From a virus (lineage: Duplodnaviria; Caudoviricetes), in the IMG/VR virus record IMGVR_UViG_3300049488_000029, positions 1-34,441 of that record: a stretch of DNA of 34,441 nt; one strand, written 5' to 3'. The position numbers and the translations under genes were made by a program. Shown here piece by piece: positions 28,192-34,441 of the stretch. Below the pieces are notes generated by a model. The model was not told the DNA's origin. It saw only the letters and a program-made list of their open reading frames with translations, and did no database searches. The first letter of the stretch is position 1; the number at the start of each line of letters is the position of its first letter.

Positions 28192-28391
28192 TTCCTAACT
28201 CCTAATTTAATATCCTGAATTATTTTCTTCCCTGTCCCAAATCTCTTGGCAATATCACTGACAGGCATACCAACACGGATGCAGTCTTTGATTCTTTCTA
28301 GTTCTTTTTCGGTAAGTTTATTTCTGCCAGTCCTGATAATTTTAATTTTTCCTTTCTCTTTGCATTTTTTATTCTTTGTAAAATGCGATTC
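28188..28391 (-). CDS. Start-less open frame encoding an HTH domain (frameshift product, ATT start or indel)
   Basis: KLTEKELERIKDCIRVGMPVSDIAKRFGTGKKIIQDIKLG; its stop overlaps the next ATG (ATGA). Confidence 0.6.
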   Translation of the reverse strand, partial: ESHFTKNKKCKEKGKIKIIRTGRNKLTEKELERIKDCIRVGMPVSDIAKRFGTGKKIIQDIKLGVRK

Positions 28392-28483
28392 TTATAATTA
28401 TCTCTTATTAATATTTTATAATGTATGCCGCATCTGAGCCAATCAACGCCCCAATTATCTAAGATCATTTTTGTTATGTTCAT
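28298..28483 (-). CDS. Basic hypothetical protein; probable N-terminal part of the HTH protein
   Basis: Overlaps the HTH frame; contains an in-frame A AAA AAT. Confidence 0.55.
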   Translation of the reverse strand: MNITKMILDNWGVDWLRCGIHYKILIRDNYKNRILQRIKNAKRKEKLKLSGLAEINLPKKN

Positions 28484-28775
28484 TTTGTACCTGCTCTTTA
28501 CTTGTAATTTTTTCTAAAAAGTTTCTTCTATCTTTTAAATCAGCTTCAATCAATTTGTGTATAGGGAAATCTAAAAATGTAGATAGTTTTACAAATTTTT
28601 CAGGTGGTATAGATGCCAAGCCACGCTCACAATTTGAAATAAATTGAGAGCACTTAAACCCTAGGGCAGTTGCAACAGAATCTTGAGAAGCACCAGCAGT
28701 ATATCTAGCTAGAGCGATTGTCTCTGCCATGTATCTAAACTTTCTATCAACTATTCTACTTGCTGTTACTCTCAT
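28455..28775 (-). CDS. XRE/Cro-CI family HTH regulator
   Basis: ASQDSVATALGFKCSQFISNCERGLASIP. Confidence 0.85.
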   Translation of the reverse strand: MRVTASRIVDRKFRYMAETIALARYTAGASQDSVATALGFKCSQFISNCERGLASIPPEKFVKLSTFLDFPIHKLIEADLKDRRNFLEKITSKEQVQNEHNKNDLR

Positions 28776-28873
28776 TTTTTAATCCTTCTTATAAGCTCAA
28801 TTTGCTTTATTCTTTTGTCTTTTTTTATTAAAAAAAATGTAACAAAACAACCTGATAAAAAACTTTTTAGCAT
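28772..28873 (-). CDS. 33-aa peptide (not in the ORF track)
   Basis: MLKSFLSGCFVTFFLIKKDKRIKQIELIRRIKK fills the gap; ATGA overlap. Confidence 0.45.
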   Translation of the reverse strand: MLKSFLSGCFVTFFLIKKDKRIKQIELIRRIKK

Positions 28874-28880
28874 TGTCCAA

Positions 28881-29501
28881 TCATATGAAGTCATAAGTAA
28901 TATCCTTGTCTATTTCAATTAACTTTTTAAATAATTGCATACATGCTTCAGTATCTGAGCGAGCATCGTGATGTTTTAAGTTAATTTTAAAATGATCACA
29001 CAAAGAATTAAGAGATAAAGAAACTCTTGCCACTTTCCCACCATCTTTTTTTGTGGCAGCAATTCCAAGTTTTCCTGATTTATTTAATTTTTGAGCTAAA
29101 CAATGAGTGGAAATAACTTTTGAAAAAATAACTTTTCTCCACTCCCAAATTAAATTTGCGCCAAGCATTTCCCAATTTAACATAGCCCCATCATAAGCAA
29201 AAAATCCTTTGTCATTCTGCTTTTTAGAATGACAAACGAGTATATGTTTTTCACCAATCCAATTTATTAACTCTAGAAGAGATTCATTCTTATCTTTAAA
29301 TTGCATACAAGCTTCTTTTGTAATGCCATGAATCTGAACAGCATCGTAATATCTTTCAATCCATCTTTCAGTTTTAAAAGTAAAATATTTTTGGTCAATG
29401 ACTTCTAAGTTTTTGGTCAATTTAATTGCGTACAAAGTAAGAATCTCGTTATCAGTTACATGGATACCCGTTGTTTCGCAATCAACCACTAAATAATTCA
29501 T
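28881..29501 (-). CDS. DEDDh 3'-5' exonuclease (DnaQ-like)
   Basis: VVDCETTG, IHGIT, HHDARSD. Confidence 0.9.
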   Translation of the reverse strand: MNYLVVDCETTGIHVTDNEILTLYAIKLTKNLEVIDQKYFTFKTERWIERYYDAVQIHGITKEACMQFKDKNESLLELINWIGEKHILVCHSKKQNDKGFFAYDGAMLNWEMLGANLIWEWRKVIFSKVISTHCLAQKLNKSGKLGIAATKKDGGKVARVSLSLNSLCDHFKINLKHHDARSDTEACMQLFKKLIEIDKDITYDFI

Positions 29502-29617
29502 CTATAAGACCATTGAGGATAAATTAACAAAATCTTTTCTATAAAAATTTGTGAAATAACAAAACCTATAAAACATGAAATTAAAGTTAAAAATACCTCA
29601 AAAATTAATCTGATCAT
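29498..29617 (-). CDS. 39-aa membrane peptide (not in the ORF track)
   Basis: MIRLIFEVFLTLISCFIGFVISQIFIEKILLIYPQWSYR; ATGA overlaps at both ends. Confidence 0.65.
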   Translation of the reverse strand: MIRLIFEVFLTLISCFIGFVISQIFIEKILLIYPQWSYR

Positions 29618-30180
29618 TTTTTAAACTCGAACATAGAATTGACTTGCTCAAAAGCTAGTTTATCCCAACCTTCAAACTTAGGAAAAATCTTTCTGATTTC
29701 TTCATCAGTCATTGGGTATTTCTTTTTAAGTGCATTAACTTGCGCTTGAGTAGCTAAGTTACCGCTATTTACTTTTGGTGGTTTTGTCAGTTCGTTATTA
29801 GGTTGTTTTTGTACCAGGTCTTGCCCATCAGTGTCTTCTTCGCTAGTAGAGATGCCGAGTAGAGCTTGTAATTGATACCTTTTGTAATATGTAATTAATG
29901 ACCCATATTTTTGGGGGTCCGAATGACTAGGGAGGATCATCTCAGATTCAATAAATTCTCCTGAAATGTGAATAAGCTTAGTTATTAATACGGTCTGACC
30001 ATCTAAAATCTTCATTGGCTGTACAATAGATAGTCCATTGCTTGTTAAGATGGGCAAAACATGGTCAAGGATACCTGAGAGAGATAAATAGTTACTCTTA
30101 AAGAAGGGGTTAACTGAATCCTTCCCTGCTGGCTTTAACTCACTTTGAAACTTTACTAATGATTTACTTATGTTTTGCAT
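29614..30180 (-). CDS. erf: ERF-family ssDNA annealing protein
   Basis: NPFFKSNY; PQKYGSLITYYKRYQLQALLGI...EDTDG. Confidence 0.92.
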   Translation of the reverse strand: MQNISKSLVKFQSELKPAGKDSVNPFFKSNYLSLSGILDHVLPILTSNGLSIVQPMKILDGQTVLITKLIHISGEFIESEMILPSHSDPQKYGSLITYYKRYQLQALLGISTSEEDTDGQDLVQKQPNNELTKPPKVNSGNLATQAQVNALKKKYPMTDEEIRKIFPKFEGWDKLAFEQVNSMFEFKK

Positions 30181-30370
30181 TTCTATTCCCCTTAATCATA
30201 TTTTCTAATAGTTCGTCTAACTGTGTTCGTTTACCTGCAATTCCTGAGATTGGCTTCTCGATGAAAATATCTGTGCATATTGGGCAATTTTCAACGTCAT
30301 GATCTTTGCATTCATATCTACCATTAACACCATTCCCATCTTCGTCAAAATCTTCAATCCAATTCTTCAT
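30164..30370 (-). CDS. Small putative Zn-binding protein
   Basis: CKDH....CPIC. Confidence 0.65.
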   Translation of the reverse strand: MKNWIEDFDEDGNGVNGRYECKDHDVENCPICTDIFIEKPISGIAGKRTQLDELLENMIKGNRNAKHK

Positions 30371-30564
30371 TTACTGTCCTTCGCTAATCTTTGTTGCCAA
30401 GCGATATCAAGGTATTTAATTGCATCTTCAGATGCTTCTGAATAATCAAATACTAAAGAATCTCTATAGCTCCATGAGTTTGATTTAACTAGTAACTCAA
30501 TATCTTTTACTATTTCTTTTGCTTTAAGAGATAACATAACTAAATCTTTTATTTTAATTTTCAT
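30367..30564 (-). CDS. Hypothetical protein
   Basis: ATG 30564 follows the upstream stop; overlap with the next gene. Confidence 0.6.
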   Translation of the reverse strand: MKIKIKDLVMLSLKAKEIVKDIELLVKSNSWSYRDSLVFDYSEASEDAIKYLDIAWQQRLAKDSK

Positions 30565-30565
30565 T

Positions 30566-30718
30566 TTAAAACCCATGATCTAAAAAATTCGAGTACTCTC
30601 TGAAAAGATCATGAACAGACATCATTTTTAGTTGAGTGATGTAAATATTTAGCTCATCAAAATTCATTATATTTACAGCTTTATTAATTAAAAAATCTTT
30701 GATTTCTAATGTATTCAT
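30566..30718 (-). CDS. 50-aa first gene of the early operon (not in the ORF track)
   Basis: AGGAG RBS; MNTLEIKDFLINK...FLDHGF; downstream of a consensus promoter. Confidence 0.7.
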   Translation of the reverse strand: MNTLEIKDFLINKAVNIMNFDELNIYITQLKMMSVHDLFREYSNFLDHGF

Positions 30719-30747
30719 GTAAGCTCCTATGTTTTGTTATTAAACCA

Positions 30748-30776
30748 ATTATATATTAATAATTAAACAATGTAAA
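30748..30776 (-). promoter_or_regulatory. Strong sigma70 early promoter
   Basis: TTTACA-17-TATAAT on the minus strand. Confidence 0.85.
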
Positions 30777-30804
30777 TATAATTGAGCAGTTTAATCAATT
30801 TATT

Positions 30805-31377
30805 TTACCTTTGCTGTAATTTTAATAATTTATCCTTTCCAATAGCTTTAATCTTCTCAAAATCATTACCCATACCAGCATCGAACCAGTCAAATATTGC
30901 ACATTTTAAAAACTTCTCATGCTCAGGCAAGTAGGGAAGTTCAAAAACATGCTTTAAATGCCATTTAAGGTACTTTTCAATGCCTTCCTGCCCCAATAGA
31001 CGGATCATCTCCCCTTTAAGTTTTTCAAACTTCTCTTGCTCTCTTTCGTAAACCGTATCAGATGTCTTTCGAGTATCCTCTTGAGGCATAAAAAGGCGCA
31101 CAGAAGCAACGATTTCTGAATAGCTTGGAAAGTATTGAGTTGTTTCAGCTAGACGATTTAAACCTGATTTGATCGCTGAATAACGGTATCCTGTGCTGAC
31201 AAGCTTGCTTGCTATAGCTTTCTGAGCATCTTTAGTGACTGCCTTAGAATATAACGCAGCAGTATCACGAATCAGCATTTCAACAATGTCAGTCAAAATA
31301 TGAAAACTAGTAGCATTTCTATAATCCATCTTATCAAGCTGTTCAGGTGTTAAATGGTCTTTGTATGCACTGCTCAA
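30805..31377 (-). CDS. Putative helicase loader/inhibitor-like replication protein
   Basis: YFPSYSEI resembles the FPs.aE motif of lambda P/G39P-like proteins; GGAG RBS, TTG start. Confidence 0.5.
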   Translation of the reverse strand: MSSAYKDHLTPEQLDKMDYRNATSFHILTDIVEMLIRDTAALYSKAVTKDAQKAIASKLVSTGYRYSAIKSGLNRLAETTQYFPSYSEIVASVRLFMPQEDTRKTSDTVYEREQEKFEKLKGEMIRLLGQEGIEKYLKWHLKHVFELPYLPEHEKFLKCAIFDWFDAGMGNDFEKIKAIGKDKLLKLQQR

Positions 31378-31459
31378 AACGACTCCAATTAAAAAATGTT
31401 TTAACTTTCTAAATCAAAATTATCCAAAATTAAAGTAAATTAGTATAAATAAAATAATA

Positions 31460-31486
31460 TTTACAAATCTTAAGTTAAGTTATAAT
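31460..31486 (+). promoter_or_regulatory. Putative promoter for the structured RNA
   Basis: TTTACA 31460-31465 and TATAAT 31481-31486 (short 15-nt spacer); AT-rich upstream. Confidence 0.5.
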
Positions 31487-31495
31487 TAATTTCTC

Positions 31496-31882
31496 GTAGC
31501 GGCAGGGGATTAGGCTCTCCCAAGTTATCGGCAATAGTCGCTGCAAGCTGATGATTCAAACCTAATGGGTTGCTCATTTGACGGAAGCAAATCAATGAGA
31601 CTCTAGTTTAAGATTTTACTAATTAGAAATAAATCACTGAATTGGGAATATAGTCCTAGCTTGCTTTAAGCGAAAAGATTCAGGTTTACTACTCTCTTAA
31701 TTTCAAGTCATGTTGAAGGAAGCGCATAAACGCAGGAAGAGTACGAGGATTAAACTTAGAGATTTAACCATCACTAAGATGAGCTTGCTATTCTCAAAAA
31801 GCAAAATATCCAGAATTAAGATGTAGCTAATGAAGCTAAGACAAGTGAAACGAAAGTGTAACGTCACTTTCAAGTAGCCTCG
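31496..31882 (+). ncRNA. Large structured non-coding RNA of unrecognised class
   Basis: At least 13 contiguous helices, several multi-way junctions, G-U pairs favouring the + strand, a possible pseudoknot, no credible ORF. Confidence 0.7.
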
Positions 31883-32009
31883 CTTAAGTAAAAAAACACT
31901 CACATAAGAAAGATTAATTGTTAGAAAGATTACACGCTGCCTTAACTATTATTTCTGATACCATTTAATTAAGACAAACAATTAAGTTTTTCTCATTTAA
32001 TTGGTGTTT

Positions 32010-32357
32010 ATGAAGCCATACTCTTTTAATCACCCTGTTTATCCTCAAACTTTTATTATGTTCAATAACTGGACTAATTCACAAGTTAATCAATGGCTTT
32101 ACGTTAATAAGTATTCTATGGGCGTTGAAATAGAAAACTGCTCAGCTTTAGTCTTTGTGATCGATGGAGTTATCTTTCTTTGGTTTGAAACAACAGAATT
32201 TAAAATTGCCTCCCTTGGAAGATTGGTCCACGAAGTAGGTCACGCTGTAAATTATATGTTTAAGAAAATGGGGATAAAACCAGACTTAGACAATGATGAA
32301 ACATCTTGTTACGAATCGCAATGGTTGTTTTGTCAGATAGCTAAAAAATTCAAATGA
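32010..32357 (+). CDS. HEXXH zincin-like small protein
   Basis: LVHEVGHA with a downstream E (NDETSCY). Confidence 0.65.
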   Translation: MKPYSFNHPVYPQTFIMFNNWTNSQVNQWLYVNKYSMGVEIENCSALVFVIDGVIFLWFETTEFKIASLGRLVHEVGHAVNYMFKKMGIKPDLDNDETSCYESQWLFCQIAKKFK

Positions 32358-32569
32358 ACGTCAAGTTTTTAAGTACTCTTTATCAACCAGATGAAAAAGA
32401 AAGAGAAAGGCTAAATAATTTACAAGTAGAGCTTTCAATTGTCCAGACAGAGCTTTCTTATATTTTTAGAGATTTGCACCCCTATGAAAAGATGTTTAGA
32501 AAGCAAGTTTTTCATAATAAATTTAGAGATCGATCAATTAAACTTGTCAAATCAACTCAAGAATTATAA
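32354..32569 (+). CDS. Hypothetical protein
   Basis: ATGA coupling with the previous gene. Confidence 0.6.
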   Translation: MNVKFLSTLYQPDEKERERLNNLQVELSIVQTELSYIFRDLHPYEKMFRKQVFHNKFRDRSIKLVKSTQEL

Positions 32570-32646
32570 AAATAATTATCAACAAACTCCCATTTGAAGA
32601 TATCAAACGTCACTAGTTAATCCTTGATCGTGTTTTCTGGTGGTGT

Positions 32647-32675
32647 TTGACTTTAATAGCAATGCAAAATAAGAT
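32647..32675 (+). promoter_or_regulatory. Sigma70 promoter at the head of the packaging operon
   Basis: TTGACT-17-TAAGAT; predicted +1 at ATG 32682. Confidence 0.7.
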
Positions 32676-32681
32676 AGTTAT

Positions 32682-32843
32682 ATGGAATTCAAATCAAATC
32701 ATGTTTATTACCATACTGAAAAAGACAGGCTATTTGTTATTCAAAAAATGTTTGGTTGGTATTTTATAGATTATGAGCATGGCGTTAAATACATTTCAGA
32801 TAGAAAGCATGAAGATATTATTATTTGTCTAGGTGAATTATGA
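32682..32843 (+). CDS. 53-aa hypothetical protein (not in the ORF track)
   Basis: MEFKSNHVYY...IICLGEL; ATGA overlap with the ParB-like gene. Confidence 0.7.
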   Translation: MEFKSNHVYYHTEKDRLFVIQKMFGWYFIDYEHGVKYISDRKHEDIIICLGEL

Positions 32844-33379
32844 AGATAGATTGCGCTTATGATGCTTTGGTTCCTATTGAGAAGATAGTACCAAATCCAA
32901 GAAATAATAATCGACATTCAATTGAGCAGATAGAAGCACTTTGTAAGCTCATTAAGGCACATGGATTTAGAAATGCTTTAGTAGTTTCTAATCGCTCAGG
33001 CTTTATTGTGGCAGGACATGGGAGACTAGAGGCTGCTTTAAAACTTGGGTTAACTAAATTGCCAATTGATTATCAAGATTTTGAAAGTGAAGCGGAAGAA
33101 TATCAATGTTTAACTGCAGATAATGAGATAGCGAGATGGAGCCAATTAGACAAACAATCTGTCCACTTAGCACTTGAAGAAATTCCTGATTTAAATTTAG
33201 AACTTTTAGGAATTGATAAATTTAACATCGAGCCTATTGCTGATTTTGAAATGGGAGAAGAACTGAGAGAAGACATGAATAAGAAGTTTTTGCTCGAGAT
33301 TCAATTTCCAAATGACATGGAAATGATGGACATACACGATGACCTCACTCATCGTGGTTACTTGGTAAAAATTAAATGA
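32840..33379 (+). CDS. ParB/Srx N-terminal domain protein
   Basis: PNPRNNNRH, IVAGHGRLEAA, ADN. Confidence 0.9.
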   Translation: MKIDCAYDALVPIEKIVPNPRNNNRHSIEQIEALCKLIKAHGFRNALVVSNRSGFIVAGHGRLEAALKLGLTKLPIDYQDFESEAEEYQCLTADNEIARWSQLDKQSVHLALEEIPDLNLELLGIDKFNIEPIADFEMGEELREDMNKKFLLEIQFPNDMEMMDIHDDLTHRGYLVKIK

Positions 33380-34269
33380 ACTTTGGCATTCCTTACATGG
33401 GATCAAAATCAAAGATATGCGAGCAAGTTTGTAGGTTATTTCCTAACGCTGAAAACTTTTACGACTTATTCGGTGGTGGTTTTTCAATATCTCACTTCAT
33501 GTTAAAACATAGATGTAAAGATTTTAAACAATTACATTTTAACGAGATACGTGAAGGTGTTTGCGAATTAGTAAAAGATGCAATTAATGGAAAGTATAAT
33601 TATGATAAATTTAAACCAGATTGGATTTCTAGTGATGAGTTTAAGAAAAGAGTTAATAGTGACATATTTGTAAAACTCATCTGGTCTTTTGGAAATAATG
33701 GCAAAAATTATCTTTTCGGAAAAGATATTGAATTTCAAAAAAAAAGCCTACATAATGCTATTGTCTTTAATGAATTTAATGAATTTGCGACTAAGATATT
33801 TGGAGTTAGTAGTTTCCCTAATGGGTTTACCATTATTCAAAAAAGATTACATTTAAAAAATAGATTAAGGATTAATGGCAAAGGAGAACGACTCGAACAA
33901 CTCGAACGACTCCAACAACTCCAACAACTCGAACGACTCGAACGACTCGAATTTTATACTGGAAGTTATATCGATGTTCCAATAAAAGAAAATTCAGTAA
34001 TTTACTGTGATATACCATATGAATCAACTGCTTCTTACGATAAAAATAACTCATTTAATAGGAAAGAATTTCTTGATTGGGCAGCTAATAATAAAGAAGC
34101 TGTTTTTATATCTGAGTATCAAGTTAAAGATGAAAGGTTTAAATGTATTTCTAATTTTGAAAAAAGATCAATGCTATCAAGCGATAAATCAAATACTTTA
34201 ATTAAAATAGAAAAAGTTTTTGTTAATGAAGTTGGATATAAAAGGATTTTCGATGCCAGAAAAAAATAA
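33376..34269 (+). CDS. Dam/D12-class N6-adenine DNA methyltransferase
   Basis: PYMGSK, DLFGGG, YCDIPY (DPPY variant). Confidence 0.88.
   Translation: MNFGIPYMGSKSKICEQVCRLFPNAENFYDLFGGGFSISHFMLKHRCKDFKQLHFNEIREGVCELVKDAINGKYNYDKFKPDWISSDEFKKRVNSDIFVKLIWSFGNNGKNYLFGKDIEFQKKSLHNAIVFNEFNEFATKIFGVSSFPNGFTIIQKRLHLKNRLRINGKGERLEQLERLQQLQQLERLERLEFYTGSYIDVPIKENSVIYCDIPYESTASYDKNNSFNRKEFLDWAANNKEAVFISEYQVKDERFKCISNFEKRSMLSSDKSNTLIKIEKVFVNEVGYKRIFDARKK
33886..33951 (+). repeat. Seven 9-nt tandem repeats (SAACRACTC) inside the methylase gene
   Basis: Encodes ERLEQLERLQQLQQLERLERLE. Confidence 0.97.
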
Positions 34270-34441
34270 AGGTGGAAGACCTAGAAAAGATTTAGAAGAT
34301 ATTAAATTCGATGGCTGGCAGCAGTTAGATGCTCTTGTTGTTTGGTCCAATGAAGCTTACTGTGCTGAAAGATTAGGCATAAGTGTTGATGCTTTAGCTT
34401 ATAAAATTAAAGAAAAAACAGGCTTAAGTTTTTCTGAATAT
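34253..34441 (+). CDS. terS: Terminase small subunit, 5' part (continues through the overlap to 349)
   Basis: MPEKNKGGRPRK... open to the window end. Confidence 0.85.
   Translation, partial: MPEKNKGGRPRKDLEDIKFDGWQQLDALVVWSNEAYCAERLGISVDALAYKIKEKTGLSFSEY
34279..34441. repeat. Terminal overlap, right copy
   Basis: Matches 1-163 with one mismatch. Confidence 0.97.

Noticed and set aside
28246-28437. 63-aa plus-strand ORF
   Set aside because: Antisense shadow of the hidden HTH frame within a minus-strand operon
31548-31590. Hammerhead core CUGAUGA (also CUAAUGA...GAAAC near 31827-31851)
   Set aside because: No stem II followed by GAAA in the first case; invariant G5 missing in the second
31592-31656. 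Group I intron-like words GAGACU and AUAUAGUCC (P7 R/S elements)
   Set aside because: P7 would be mismatched, no P3-P6 core or interrupted gene is evident, and UAGUCC fits a local hairpin; cmscan should confirm
31703-31903. 66-aa minus-strand ORF
   Set aside because: No RBS, GTG start, no protein-like motif; antisense to the structured element
31496-31940. tmRNA, RNase P or tRNA identity for the structured region
   Set aside because: No acceptor stem/T-arm/CCA end, tag ORF or GAGGAAAGUCC motif
32840-33379. Plasmid-prophage partition system
   Set aside because: Only the ParB N-terminal domain is present, with no ParA; the ParB-methylase-terS context is common in phages
33886-33951. CRISPR-like array
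   Set aside because: Contiguous 9-nt coding repeats with no spacers and no cas genes
34279-34441. Physical direct terminal repeat
   Set aside because: It cuts through terS; more simply an overlap of a circular assembly, and undecidable without reads
1-34441. Stop-codon reassignment
   Set aside because: Genes tile densely under code 11 and TAA, TAG and TGA all end genes

Overview
The window is an apparently complete, circularly permuted, AT-rich tailed-phage genome. Bases 1-163 recur at 34279-34441 with one synonymous mismatch, giving a unit length of about 34,278 bp. The + strand carries a siphovirus-type late module: ParB-like protein, Dam-like methylase, TerS (split by the window ends), TerL, portal, two virion-morphogenesis paralogs, scaffold, capsid, a head-associated fibre block, connectors, tail tube, G/GT chaperones, tape measure, tail tip/fibres and a Gram-negative lysis cassette. 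A mostly - strand early module encodes a RusA-like resolvase, two exonucleases, HTH regulators, an ERF recombinase and a helicase-loader-like protein. I recognise no integrase, polymerase, primase, helicase or replication initiator. Most interesting: (1) a densely base-paired, roughly 400-nt non-coding element at about 31496-31882, sitting where the initiator gene would be expected; (2) an 18-Cys fibre-like protein with a Sec-type signal peptide in the tail module; (3) a hidden start-less HTH frame reachable by a -1 slip; (4) a candidate small RNA carrying a CsrA-consensus hairpin; (5) mirror-image, apparently leaderless divergent gene starts. All calls come from reading motifs by eye; no searches or folding programs were run. 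The host is Gram-negative by inference, possibly Bdellovibrionota (low confidence).
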